The position numbers and the translations under genes are program-made. Shown here one piece after another: positions 12,922-24,068 of a DNA stretch of 64,000 bases. The stretch comes from an uncultured Burkholderiales bacterium (lineage in GTDB: Bacteria; Pseudomonadota; Gammaproteobacteria; Burkholderiales; SCOH01). Below the pieces are notes generated by a model. It worked only from the letters and a program-made list of their open reading frames with translations, searched no databases and was not told where the DNA came from. The DNA lies in assembly GCA_964495595.1 (NCBI GenBank), contig CAZBWH010000001.1:2950-66949 (forward strand). Direction: 5' to 3'. Within the stretch, counting starts at the first letter, position 1, and each line of letters opens with the position of its first letter.

Positions 12922-14667
12922 TCAGTGTTCCTGCACATACTGGCCAGGTGCGTCGGCCAGCTTGCGGTAACGGCGGCTGGCGGCCGGCGGAGGCACTTCT
13001 GCGCCGGCGCTGGCCAGCAGCCAGTCGCGCCAGTCTCCCCACCACGATCCCGCCTGCTGGCTGAGGCCGAGCTTCCAGCTGTCCGGATCGGCCTGGCCCT
13101 GAGCCTCGCCGCTCCAGAAGGCCCGCTTGGGCGGATTGACCGGCGGATTGACGATGCCGAGAATGTGGCCGGAGCTGGACAGGGTGTAGCGCACCGGCCC
13201 CTGTACCCGCTGACTGATCCGGAAAGTCTGCCGCCACGGGGCAATGTGGTCTTCCTCGCAGCCAACCGCGTACAGCGGCAGGCGAATGCGCGCCAGGTCG
13301 ATCGGCTCGCCGGCAATGGTCAGCGCATCGGGCTGCACCAGCCGGTTGTTGAGATAGAACTCGCGCAGGTAGAACGCATGCATCCTGGCCGGCATGCGGG
13401 TGGTGTCCATGTTCCAGTACAGCACATCGAACGCCGGCGGGGTTTCGCCGTACAGGTAGTTGTGCACCCAGTAATGCCAGATCAGGCTGTTCGAGCGCAA
13501 CATGCGGAACGAGCTGGCCATTTCCTTGCCATCCAGATAGCCCTTGCTGTCCATCATCCGCCCGATCGCCTGCAGCCCGCCTTCGTCGATGAACACCTCG
13601 ATATCACCGGCCTTGCTGAAATCGGTGAGGGTGGTAAACAGCGTCCAGCTGGCCACCGGCATCGCAGCCGGGTCGCTGAACTTGCGCGCCAGCCAGGCCA
13701 TGTAGATCGACACTCCGGTGCCACCCAGGCAATAGCCAGCCAGGTTGACCTGGTCGCTGCGGCAGATGCTGCGGGCCACATTGACGATCTGGTCGATGCC
13801 TTCGACGATGTAATCATCCAGCGTCACGTCGCGCATGGCGGCGTCCGGATTTTTCCAGCTGGTGATGAATACGGTGAACCCCTGTTCGGTCAGCCATTTG
13901 ACCAGGCTTTTCTTGCTGGTCAGATCGAGGATGTAATACTTGTTGATCCACGGCGCGACAATCACCACCGGCACCGCACGCACCTTGTCGGTGGCCGGCA
14001 GGTACTGGATGACTTCCAGCAGCCGGTTGCGGAACACTACCTGCCCCGGCGTCGTGCCCAGATTCTGTCCCACCTTGAACGGCCGGGTATCGGTCATCGA
14101 AATATCGCCGGCACGCCAGTCGTGCAGGAACATCTGCAGGCCATGCTGCAGGCTCTGCCCACCGGATGTGACCGCCTTCTGCATCGCCACCGGATTACTG
14201 AACAGGAAATTGGTCGGCGCCAGCGCATTGAGCACCGTACGCATCCAGAACGCCCCGCGGCGCCGTTCGGCTTCGGACAGGCCGGGGGTTTCGTACAGGT
14301 GATCCTGCAGCCAGTGAGTGTAGAGCAGGTACCACTGCTTGACGATGTCCCAGGTGGGGCTGTCGGTCCACACCGGGTCGGCAAAGCGGCTGTCTTCCGG
14401 GTGAGAGGCCACCACGTCCTCGCTCGGCATCCCCAGCGCCCGCATCCACGAATGCTGCACCAGCGCCAGCCATTCGTTGGCCAGATGCTGGCTGGCCTGC
14501 ATCGCCTCTTGCGGATGATCGCGCCAGGCGGCCTGGGCACGCCAGAGCGTAGTGATCATGCCGTAGGGGTCGAACGTTTGCCCCAGCCGCTCTTGCAGGC
14601 CCTGGTAACGGTTGCAGCTATCCTTGCCCGCCAGCATGCAAGGGGGATCGTTGTGCGAGAGAAACAT
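12922..14667 (-). CDS. phaC: class I poly(3-hydroxyalkanoate) synthase
   Basis: 581 aa with lipase-box GYCLGG and PhaC-type N-terminal region. RBS GGAGG precedes the ATG. Confidence 0.85.
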   Translation of the reverse strand: MFLSHNDPPCMLAGKDSCNRYQGLQERLGQTFDPYGMITTLWRAQAAWRDHPQEAMQASQHLANEWLALVQHSWMRALGMPSEDVVASHPEDSRFADPVWTDSPTWDIVKQWYLLYTHWLQDHLYETPGLSEAERRRGAFWMRTVLNALAPTNFLFSNPVAMQKAVTSGGQSLQHGLQMFLHDWRAGDISMTDTRPFKVGQNLGTTPGQVVFRNRLLEVIQYLPATDKVRAVPVVIVAPWINKYYILDLTSKKSLVKWLTEQGFTVFITSWKNPDAAMRDVTLDDYIVEGIDQIVNVARSICRSDQVNLAGYCLGGTGVSIYMAWLARKFSDPAAMPVASWTLFTTLTDFSKAGDIEVFIDEGGLQAIGRMMDSKGYLDGKEMASSFRMLRSNSLIWHYWVHNYLYGETPPAFDVLYWNMDTTRMPARMHAFYLREFYLNNRLVQPDALTIAGEPIDLARIRLPLYAVGCEEDHIAPWRQTFRISQRVQGPVRYTLSSSGHILGIVNPPVNPPKRAFWSGEAQGQADPDSWKLGLSQQAGSWWGDWRDWLLASAGAEVPPPAASRRYRKLADAPGQYVQEH

Positions 14668-14768
14668 GGAATACCTCCGTCCTGCAAGCAGGGGCTGAGG
14701 GCCGGCAGCCGGCCGTGAAACAGAGGTTTAAGCATAGGCAGCGACCCCGGCAGCAGCAAGCCGCCGCA

Positions 14769-16259
<1,491 letters not shown>

Positions 16260-16265
16260 GGTCGC

Positions 16266-17639
16266 TCACCAGAACCCGAAACCGACTTCGAACAGTTTTT
16301 CCACCTTGGGCAGCAGGCGCTTGTTGGCAACGAACACGATCAGGTGATCGCCCGTTTCCACCTGCAGCTGATGATGTGCCATCAGCACCGCATCGCCGCG
16401 CACAATGGCGCCGACCGATGCTCCGTCGGGAAAATGAATCTCGTGCAGCCGGCGCCCGACCAGCCGTGAGGTTTTGCGGTCGCCGTGCGCCACCGCCTCG
16501 AACGCCTCGGCGGCACCGTGGCGCAGGCTGTGTACCGTGGCCATGTCGCCCCGCCGCACATGCGCCAGCAAAGAGCCGATCATCATCTGCGACGGTGAAA
16601 TGGCGATATCGATCTTGCCTCCCTGCACCAGATCGACGTATGCCCCGCGATTGATCAGCGCGATCACCTTGCGCACGCCGATTTTCTTCGCCAGCAGCGA
16701 GGCCATGATGTTGTCTTCGTCGTCATTGGTCAGCGCCAGGAATACATCCATTTCGCCGACGTTTTCGTCGTCGAGCAAATCCTCGTCGGTCGCCTCGCCG
16801 CGCAGAACCAGCGTGTTGCGCAGTTTTTGCGCTAGCCAGTCGGCCCGTGCCGGGTTGGATTCGATCAGCTTGACCTGGTAGTCGTTCTCGATTGCCCGCG
16901 CCAGCCGATAGCCGACATTGCCGCCGCCGGCAATCATCACCCGCCGCACACTTCGGTCGACATTACGCAACTCGCGCGCCACGGCACGAATCTGCCCGGC
17001 CGGGGCGATGAAAAACACCTCGTCGCCCTCCTGCACCGTAGTGCTGCCATCGACGGCAATCGCCCGGTCGCTGCGGTAGATGGCCGCCACCCGGATATCG
17101 ACCCCGGGCAGATGCTGCGGCAGCTCGCGCAGTTGCCGGCCGACCAACAGGCCATCGGAACGGGCCCGGATCGCCACCAGCCGTGCCCGGCCATCGGCAA
17201 AATCCAGCACCTGCAGGGCTTCTGGGTAGTCAAGCAACTGCCGCAGCCGCTGGGTGAGGATGTCTTCCGGGCTGATGGCAAATTCAACGCCGAAATGCTC
17301 GGCCAGAAACTGCGGATCGTGGCGGTGGTATTCGGTCGAGCGAATGCGGGCGATGCGGGTCGGCACGTTGAACATCACCCGCGCCAGCTGGCAGGCCACC
17401 ATGTTTACCGCGTCCGACGGCGTTACCGCCAGCAGCAGGTCGGCATCGTCCAGCCCGGCCTCGCGCAGCACCCGCGGCTCGGCGGCGTTGCCACACACGG
17501 TGCGCAGGTCAAAACGGTCCTGCAGGAATTTCAGCCGCTCGGTGTCGGGGTCGACGATGGTGATATCGTTGGTCTCGCTGACCAGATGCTCGGCCACCGA
17601 ACCGCCCACCCGGCCGGCGCCGAGAATGGTGATTTTCAC
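16266..17639 (-). CDS. trkA: Trk system NAD-binding peripheral subunit
   Basis: Two Rossmann motifs (ILGAGRVG; IAGGGNVG) plus RCK-C regions. GTG start abuts the ntrX stop. Confidence 0.9.
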   Translation of the reverse strand: MKITILGAGRVGGSVAEHLVSETNDITIVDPDTERLKFLQDRFDLRTVCGNAAEPRVLREAGLDDADLLLAVTPSDAVNMVACQLARVMFNVPTRIARIRSTEYHRHDPQFLAEHFGVEFAISPEDILTQRLRQLLDYPEALQVLDFADGRARLVAIRARSDGLLVGRQLRELPQHLPGVDIRVAAIYRSDRAIAVDGSTTVQEGDEVFFIAPAGQIRAVARELRNVDRSVRRVMIAGGGNVGYRLARAIENDYQVKLIESNPARADWLAQKLRNTLVLRGEATDEDLLDDENVGEMDVFLALTNDDEDNIMASLLAKKIGVRKVIALINRGAYVDLVQGGKIDIAISPSQMMIGSLLAHVRRGDMATVHSLRHGAAEAFEAVAHGDRKTSRLVGRRLHEIHFPDGASVGAIVRGDAVLMAHHQLQVETGDHLIVFVANKRLLPKVEKLFEVGFGFW

Positions 17640-18911
17640 TCAGGCATGCTCCTCGAGCTGGCGACGGGAAAAACGGATGCCAAGCTGCTTGAGCTTGCGG
17701 TACAGATGCGTGCGCTCCAGGCCGACTTTTTCTGCCACCCGGCTCATGTTGCCGTTTTCCAGTTTGATGTGGTGTTCGAAATAGTGGCGCTCGAAAATGT
17801 CGCGCGCCTCGCGCAATGGCAAATCCAGCGCATCGGCGGTGCCCAGGGTCTGGCGTACCACATACGGCGCCAGCAGCCGGTTGACATCCTGGGCGCTTAT
17901 GTCTTCACTGCCAGCGGTCAGCGCCAGGCTGGACACGATGTTCTGCAACTGGTCGAGATTGCCCGGCCAGTCGTGGTTGCGCAGCGCATTCAGCGCGGCG
18001 ATATCGAATTTCACCGGATGGCCCCGCCGCTCCTCGATCTGGCGCTGCAGGATCTGCACGGCCAGTTCGGGGATGTCTTCGCGGTGGGCACGCAGCGGCG
18101 GCAGCACCAGTTGCAGCCCGGACAAGGCGGCAAACAGGCCCTGGTCGTAGCTGCGATCCTGCAGGATTTCGGCCGGCGGCCGGGCAATCGCCGTCACCAG
18201 GCGGATATTGTATTTTTCCAGCCGCGCCAGCACCTGCATCAATCCTTGCTGGGCTCGCGGCACCAGCTTGCCGATTTCACGCAGGAACAGCACGCCGTTG
18301 GCCGATTGCTGCAACAGCTCGGCCGGGGCATCGAGCGCCTTTTCGGCGCTGGCTGGGGCAACGAACACCTGGCCCGGGCCGACAAAAAAATGCGCACAGG
18401 CTTCGAACCCTGCCCCCGGCTCGCCGACCAGCAGCACCGGCGCTTTCAGCGGCAACACCCGTTCCAGTTGCTTTTTCAGCTCGGCGATCACCGCCCCCCG
18501 TCCCAGGCTGGACAGGTTCAGCTCTGGCCGAAGCCTGGCCACGCCGCCCTTGAGGGCTTTTTGCACCGTGGCCAGCAACTTCTGCAACGCAATCGGCTTT
18601 TCCAGAAAATCAATCGCACCGATGCGGGTGGCCTCGACGGCGGTGTCGACCGTGCCGTGGCCAGACATCATCACCACTGGCATGGTCAAGAAACCGTTGT
18701 TGGCCCATTCGCGCAGCAGGGTGATGCCGTCGGTGTCGGGCATCCAGATGTCGAGCAAGACCAGATCGGGGCGCATCTGGGTGCGAATCCGGCGCGCTTC
18801 GGCGGCATTTTCGGCCAGCCGCACGCTGTAGCCCTCGTCCTGCAGGATTTCCTGCAGCAGTTCGCGGATGCCGATTTCGTCATCCACGATCAGAATCTGG
18901 TTTCCTGCCAT
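17640..18911 (-). CDS. ntrX: NtrX-type response regulator (REC, degenerate AAA+, Fis-type HTH)
   Basis: ILIVDDE...LLDIWMP receiver. Walker A reads GEPGAGFE (no Lys). No GAFTGA motif seen. C-terminal HTH present. Start at MAGNQ with RBS AGGAA. Confidence 0.8.
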   Translation of the reverse strand: MAGNQILIVDDEIGIRELLQEILQDEGYSVRLAENAAEARRIRTQMRPDLVLLDIWMPDTDGITLLREWANNGFLTMPVVMMSGHGTVDTAVEATRIGAIDFLEKPIALQKLLATVQKALKGGVARLRPELNLSSLGRGAVIAELKKQLERVLPLKAPVLLVGEPGAGFEACAHFFVGPGQVFVAPASAEKALDAPAELLQQSANGVLFLREIGKLVPRAQQGLMQVLARLEKYNIRLVTAIARPPAEILQDRSYDQGLFAALSGLQLVLPPLRAHREDIPELAVQILQRQIEERRGHPVKFDIAALNALRNHDWPGNLDQLQNIVSSLALTAGSEDISAQDVNRLLAPYVVRQTLGTADALDLPLREARDIFERHYFEHHIKLENGNMSRVAEKVGLERTHLYRKLKQLGIRFSRRQLEEHA

Positions 18912-18959
18912 AGTGCCGTGTTCCTGCCAGTCAATTTTCAAAATGCCGCCAACAGCCCG

Positions 18960-21059
18960 CTAGAGCTCGGCCAGCGGCAATTCCACTTCGACGCTGGCGC
19001 CGTGCGGATCGATATTGCGGATGATAATGCTGCCGTGGTGTTCCTCGACGATTTTTTTGACGATTGCCAGTCCCAGCCCGGTGCCCTTGGCCTTGGTGGT
19101 AACGTAGGGCTCGAACAGGCGCTTGCCCAGATCTTCAGCAAAACCGGGGCCGTTGTCCTGCACCTGCAGCAGCGCCCGGCCGGGCAGCAGGCGAGTGGCC
19201 AGCCGTACTTCGCCGGCCGGCTCGGCCGGAATGGCATCCAGCGCGTTCTGCAGCAGATTGTGCACCACCTGCCGCAACAGGGTGGCATCGCCGGCCACCA
19301 GCAGCGGCTCGCCCGACAGCGCCATCCTTACCGGGCTGGACTCGTACAGCGGCGACATGCAGCGCAGCAGGCCGTTCAACTCCAGCGGCTGCAGCACACT
19401 GCGCGGCGAACGGGCGTAGTCCTTGAAGGCATCGACCATGTTTTTCAGCGCGGCCACCTGATTGACAATGGTAGTGGTGGCACGCGCCAGCATCGCCGCG
19501 TCGGCCGGTGCCAGCCGGTCGGTCAGCCGGTGCTGCAGCCGTTCGGCAGAGAGCTGGATCGGCGTCAGCGGATTCTTGATCTCGTGCGCCAGCCGCCGCG
19601 CCACCTCGCCCCAGGCGGCATCGCGCTGGGCCTGCAGCAGATCGGAAATATCGTCGAACACCACCACGTAGCCACTGTCGCTACCGGTTTGCAGCCGGGC
19701 GCCGCGCACCAGCAGGGTCAAGGGGCCACGGCCGCCGGCCAGCTCCAGCTGCAGTTGCCATTGCTGGGCGTGCGAGTCGGCAAATTCGCGCCGGATGCCG
19801 TCGGCCAGCGCGGCCAGCGCGGGAAACACGTCGGCCCAGCCGCGCAGTCGGACATGGCGCAGGCAATCGAAGTCGTAGCCGGTGATCTCGCTGGCGCTGG
19901 GGTTGACGGCGCGCAGCCGCATTTTTTCATCCAGCGCCAGCACACCGGAGGTGAGGGTCACCAGCACGCCCTCCAGATAGGCGCGGGCCGATTCCAGCTG
20001 GGACTGCTGACTCTCCATCGCGGCCGAGGTTTCGGCCAGCTGGTGGGTCATCTGGTTGAATGACAGGGTCAGCATGCCCAGCTCGTCGCGGCTCATGACG
20101 GGCTGGCGCTGGCTGAAATCGCCCTGCGCCACCGCCCGGGTGCCGGCCGCCAGCACTTTCAGCGGCTCGCTCAGGCGTTCGGAAAACAGGAACGCTGACG
20201 CGATGCCGGTCAGCACCGCCAGCAGCAGCGACAGGGTAAGCGTCAGGCCGTAAATGACTTTCAGCCCGCCGCGGGACAGGAACAGGCGCTGGTATTCGCC
20301 GCGCACCTTCTCCACCGACTCGGCGTCGTCCGACAGCGTTTTCGGCACCCGCTGCACCAGTTGCAGGTAGTGTGGCTGCCCGTTGAGCAGCAATGGCGCA
20401 ACGGCGCGCAGCACCAGCCCGCCGTGCGGCAACGATTCGATGGCGTGGTAGTGGCGGGCGTCGAGCAGCTCGCGCAGGGTGCCGTTGTCCAGCACGAGCA
20501 GCGGCAACGGGCCGGTGCCGGCGTGGGTGGCCAGTCGCCCGCTGGCGTCAAACAGCGAGGCCTCTTCCAGCGCCAGCGCTTGCTGCACGCTGCGCAGCGC
20601 GGTCCGCCACTGGCCGCGTTCGAGCGGCGTCAGCCGGGGAATGGTTTCGCCGGCACGACGGGCCAGCCCGGTCAGCTCGTTGTGCAGTGCCAGCCGGCCC
20701 AGGTTCAGCCCCTGGTCGAGCGCCTTGTCGACCCGGACATCGAACCAGGTTTCAATGCTTTTGGTCAGGAATTGCACCGAGATGGTGTAGATCAGTGCGC
20801 CGGGCAGCACCGTCAGCAAGGAGAACAGCAACACCAGCCGCAGGGCGAGTTTGGCGCCGAACACCTGCTCGCGCAGCCGGCGACGCAGGCGGAACAGTTG
20901 CCAGCCGATGATCCCCAGCAACAGGGCGACGACCGAGCCGTTCAGGCCCAGCAGCTTCCAGTAGTGGCGCGCCAGCGCGTCAGCATTACCGCTGGCGGTG
21001 GCCAGCAGGAACAGCAGGATCGAGCCAAGGCTGACACCGAGAATCGCCAGCAGTTTCAT
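18960..21059 (-). CDS. ntrY: NtrY-type sensor histidine kinase (TM-HAMP-PAS-HisKA-HATPase)
   Basis: H-box RLAHEIKNPLTPIQ and C-terminal ATPase motifs. Position upstream of ntrX. Confidence 0.85.
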   Translation of the reverse strand: MKLLAILGVSLGSILLFLLATASGNADALARHYWKLLGLNGSVVALLLGIIGWQLFRLRRRLREQVFGAKLALRLVLLFSLLTVLPGALIYTISVQFLTKSIETWFDVRVDKALDQGLNLGRLALHNELTGLARRAGETIPRLTPLERGQWRTALRSVQQALALEEASLFDASGRLATHAGTGPLPLLVLDNGTLRELLDARHYHAIESLPHGGLVLRAVAPLLLNGQPHYLQLVQRVPKTLSDDAESVEKVRGEYQRLFLSRGGLKVIYGLTLTLSLLLAVLTGIASAFLFSERLSEPLKVLAAGTRAVAQGDFSQRQPVMSRDELGMLTLSFNQMTHQLAETSAAMESQQSQLESARAYLEGVLVTLTSGVLALDEKMRLRAVNPSASEITGYDFDCLRHVRLRGWADVFPALAALADGIRREFADSHAQQWQLQLELAGGRGPLTLLVRGARLQTGSDSGYVVVFDDISDLLQAQRDAAWGEVARRLAHEIKNPLTPIQLSAERLQHRLTDRLAPADAAMLARATTTIVNQVAALKNMVDAFKDYARSPRSVLQPLELNGLLRCMSPLYESSPVRMALSGEPLLVAGDATLLRQVVHNLLQNALDAIPAEPAGEVRLATRLLPGRALLQVQDNGPGFAEDLGKRLFEPYVTTKAKGTGLGLAIVKKIVEEHHGSIIIRNIDPHGASVEVELPLAEL

Positions 21060-21084
21060 GGTCGGGCCTCCCCTGCCGGGTTGC

Positions 21085-21723
21085 TCAGTCGGCGTTGCCG
21101 ATCACACTGACGGATTTCCAGTCGGATGACAGTTCCCATTCGCTGGCGGGAGAGAAATTGACCTGCAGCGGCTTGGGTAACTGTTCGACATTCAGTGCCA
21201 GCCGCAGCCGGCCTTCGTACTGGCGGCCTTTGGTCAACAGGCCGGCTTCGAGCACCGACCAGTTGCGAATCGCGCCCATCGCGGCCAGCGCCTGGCCGAG
21301 TGAGGAAAAATTCTGCTGCAGCGGGCCGCGCGCCAGGCGGTATTTGCGCGTCAGGGCGTGGTAGCTGAGCCGGAATTCCTGGCGCACCGAGCTGTCGAAC
21401 CAGCTGGCCATCTGACGGTAGGCCCAGTACCAGCGCGGCTTGACCAGCTCGAATTCGGCAATGAAATACAGCGGCACGCCTTTGTGCAGCACATCTTCGA
21501 GCGTCTGGGTCAGTGTGACGCTGCACTGGGCGCTGACGACGTAACGGTCGTCCTGCAGCTGCAGCGAGGCAGCGGCAATGGTGATGCCGGGATCGGCAGC
21601 CCACAGGGAGCGCACCGGCAGCAGCAGACAACCCAGGGAAAAAAGCCATGCGAGCACCCGCCGGCGGCTGGCGCCGGCCTCAACCGCCTTGCTTGCGGAA
21701 AAGTGCGTAATAGAACCCGTCAT
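21085..21723 (-). CDS. DUF4390-like periplasmic protein
   Basis: Signal peptide followed by PLYFIAEFELVKPRWYWAYRQ. Occupies the usual slot between rsmB and ntrY. The chosen ATG overlaps the rsmB 3' end by 44 nt, so the start is uncertain. Confidence 0.6.
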   Translation of the reverse strand: MTGSITHFSASKAVEAGASRRRVLAWLFSLGCLLLPVRSLWAADPGITIAAASLQLQDDRYVVSAQCSVTLTQTLEDVLHKGVPLYFIAEFELVKPRWYWAYRQMASWFDSSVRQEFRLSYHALTRKYRLARGPLQQNFSSLGQALAAMGAIRNWSVLEAGLLTKGRQYEGRLRLALNVEQLPKPLQVNFSPASEWELSSDWKSVSVIGNAD

Positions 21724-22945
21724 GCTCGCTGTCAGGCAACCATATTCCGTGCTGCGGCCCCGGCAGTGGCAGGCGCTCGGCGTCGGGATGGCGCTGAACG
21801 AAAGCGTCGGTTTGCAGACGGTTTTCCTGTGGGAAGATCGAGCAGGTAGCGTAAAGCAGTTTGCCGCCGGGGGCGAGCAAAGGCCACAGTGAATCGATGA
21901 TTCTGGCCTGCATTGTTGCGAAATTCGCAACATCGCTGTAGCGGCGCAGCCACTTGATGTCCGGATGACGGCGTACCACGCCGGAGGCGCTGCACGGCAC
22001 ATCGGCCAGAATCCGCTCGAACGGCCGGCCGTCCCACCAGCCGGCCGGTTCGGCGGCATCGCCTTGCAGCAGGGTAGCCGTCAGCCCGAGCCGTTGCAGG
22101 TTCTGCGCGACTTTCTGCAGCCGGTCGCCGTCGGCGTCCAGCGCTACCAGATCCAGCGGCGCCTGCTCCAGCATGTGGCCGGTTTTGCCGCCCGGCGCGG
22201 CGCAGGCGTCAAGCACCCGCTGGCCCGGCTGCAGGTCGAGCAGGCTGGCGGCCGCCTGCGCGCCCCAGTCCTGCACCGAGACCCAGCCGTCGGCAAAGCC
22301 GGGCAGCCGGTCGACGCCGACGGGCTGCAACAGGCGGATGGCAGTCTCGTCCAGCGCTCTGGCTGCGATGCCGGCTTCCAGCAGGCGACGCAGGTAGCTG
22401 TCGGGGTCGGTGTGGCTGCGGTTGAGCCGCAGGGTCATGGGGGGATGCTGGTTGCCGGCATCGAGAATCGCTTGCCATTGCTGCGGGTATTCGGCCTGCA
22501 CGGCGTCGATCCACCACGACGGATGCGACCAGTGGCCGACCGGATCGCGCCCGGCCTGGGCCAGCAGGGTGTCGCGCTGGCGCAGGTAGTTGCGCAGCAC
22601 CGCGTTCACCAGCCCTTTGCCACGGCCGCTGCCGGTGCGCGAGGCCAGCGTCACGGCGTGGTCGACAATTGCATACGGTGCGGCGCGGGTGAAGCGCAGC
22701 TGGTACAGCGCGATCAGCAGCAGATGCTCCAGCGCCGGTTCGCTGAGCGGCTTTTGCAGCAGAGGCTTGAGCACGGCGCGCAGCAGGCCGAGCTGGCGCA
22801 GCGAGCCGTAGCAGATGTCCTGCACGGCGGCACGGTCGGCGGCCTCGGCCAGCCGGGGCAAGGCGCTGGCCAGCACGTCGTTCAGGTTGCGTCCGGTCAG
22901 CACTTTGCCGATGACGTCCAGCGCGGTTTTCTGGATCTGCAGCAT
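21680..22945 (-). CDS. rsmB: 16S rRNA (cytosine967-C5)-methyltransferase
   Basis: NusB-like N-domain plus SAM methyltransferase domain (DACAAPGGKT; ATCS). ATG at 22945 preferred over the track's TTG at 22948. Confidence 0.85.
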   Translation of the reverse strand: MLQIQKTALDVIGKVLTGRNLNDVLASALPRLAEAADRAAVQDICYGSLRQLGLLRAVLKPLLQKPLSEPALEHLLLIALYQLRFTRAAPYAIVDHAVTLASRTGSGRGKGLVNAVLRNYLRQRDTLLAQAGRDPVGHWSHPSWWIDAVQAEYPQQWQAILDAGNQHPPMTLRLNRSHTDPDSYLRRLLEAGIAARALDETAIRLLQPVGVDRLPGFADGWVSVQDWGAQAAASLLDLQPGQRVLDACAAPGGKTGHMLEQAPLDLVALDADGDRLQKVAQNLQRLGLTATLLQGDAAEPAGWWDGRPFERILADVPCSASGVVRRHPDIKWLRRYSDVANFATMQARIIDSLWPLLAPGGKLLYATCSIFPQENRLQTDAFVQRHPDAERLPLPGPQHGIWLPDSEHDGFYYALFRKQGG

Positions 22946-23793
22946 CAATGGCCACCCCGCGCCATCTGCATCAGCCGGGCAACGCGCTCGGCAGTGGCGG
23001 GGTGGGTGCTGAACAGTTGCGCCATGTCGGCGCCGGTCAGCGGGTTGATGATCATCATCTGGGCAGTCTCCGGGTGATGCTCGGCGGTCGGCATGGGCAG
23101 GCCGCGAGCGTAGTGGTCGATTTTCTGCAAGGCCATGGCCAGCGCCTGCGGGTCGCCGCTGATTTCGGCGCCACCGGCATCGGCACCGAATTCACGCGCC
23201 CGCGAGATGGCCATCTGGATCAGGCTGGCGGCCAGCGGGGCGAGAATGGCGACCAGAATGGCCATGATCGGGTTGGGCCGTTCGTCGCGCGAGCCACCAA
23301 ACAACATGCCGAAGTTGGCCAGCGCGGCAATCGCTCCGGCCATGCTGGCGGAAATGGTGGACACCAGCGTGTCGCGATTGCGGACATGGGCCAGCTCGTG
23401 CGCCATCACGCCGCGCAGTTCGCGGTAGCTGAGCAGCTGCATGATGCCGGTGGTGGCGGCCACGGCGGCGTGCTCGGGGTTGCGGCCGGTGGCAAACGCA
23501 TTCGGCTGCGCCTCGTCGATCACGTACACCCTGGGCATCGGCAGGCCGGCATTATGCGCCAGCTCGGCCACCATCTGATGCAGCTCCGGGGCGCTGTGGG
23601 CATCGACCGGGTGGGCATTGTACATTTTCAGCACCGCCTGGTCGGAAAACCACCAGGCCCAGACATTCATCGCGCTACCGAACAGCAAGGCCAGCAGCAT
23701 GCCGGTGCGCCCGCCCAGCATGCCACCCACCACGCCGAACAGGGCGACAATGGCCGCCATCAGCAATGCGGTCTTGAACCAGTTGTCACTCAT
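22945..23793 (-). CDS. htpX: membrane zinc metalloprotease HtpX
   Basis: [10 protein letters not shown] (HExxH) motif and TM helices. Start at [14 protein letters not shown] matches the usual HtpX N-terminus. Confidence 0.85.
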   Translation of the reverse strand: MSDNWFKTALLMAAIVALFGVVGGMLGGRTGMLLALLFGSAMNVWAWWFSDQAVLKMYNAHPVDAHSAPELHQMVAELAHNAGLPMPRVYVIDEAQPNAFATGRNPEHAAVAATTGIMQLLSYRELRGVMAHELAHVRNRDTLVSTISASMAGAIAALANFGMLFGGSRDERPNPIMAILVAILAPLAASLIQMAISRAREFGADAGGAEISGDPQALAMALQKIDHYARGLPMPTAEHHPETAQMMIINPLTGADMAQLFSTHPATAERVARLMQMARGGH

Positions 23794-23865
23794 CTGCGGG
23801 CTCCAGTCTGTCAATGGGGGGAAATGTTGCCGGATATGATAGCGCGCCCGGCCGATTCCAAGCAG

Positions 23866-23930
23866 CCTGTCGGACTTGAGCGATCGTCGCGGGCCGGGTG
23901 GCGCAGCAGATCAGTCTCAAGTCCGACAGG
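23866..23930. repeat. REP-B inverted-repeat element (CCTGTCGGACTTGAG ... CTCAAGTCCGACAGG)
   Basis: Perfect 15-bp inverted arms separated by 35 nt. Second full copy at 35991-36089. Confidence 0.75.
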
Positions 23931-23934
23931 TGGC

Positions 23935-24005
23935 CAGGCTGCAAGCCGCGTCGGTACTGGCTTGCAGGCAGGGCTGCGCGCCGCTCTGGTATTGGCTCGC
24001 AGCCA
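23935..24005. repeat. REP-A intergenic repeat
   Basis: CTGCAAGCC...GGTACTGGCTTGCAGGC...CTCTGGTATTGGCTCGCAGCC, same family as the other REP-A copies. Confidence 0.7.
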
Positions 24006-24068
24006 TGACGGTATCGTTAGCGGGCGGGACAGGTATAATACCCGGCTTGTTTCACCCCGGCCCCGTTC

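Noticed and set aside
11797-14718. 973-aa plus-strand ORF
   Set aside because: It is antisense to the well-supported MBL hydrolase and phaC genes. Its Arg/Gly/Pro/Ala-rich low-complexity translation is typical of shadow ORFs in GC-rich DNA.
17112-20063. 983-aa plus-strand ORF
   Set aside because: It is antisense to trkA, ntrX and ntrY. It has no recognisable motifs and its composition is GC-shadow.
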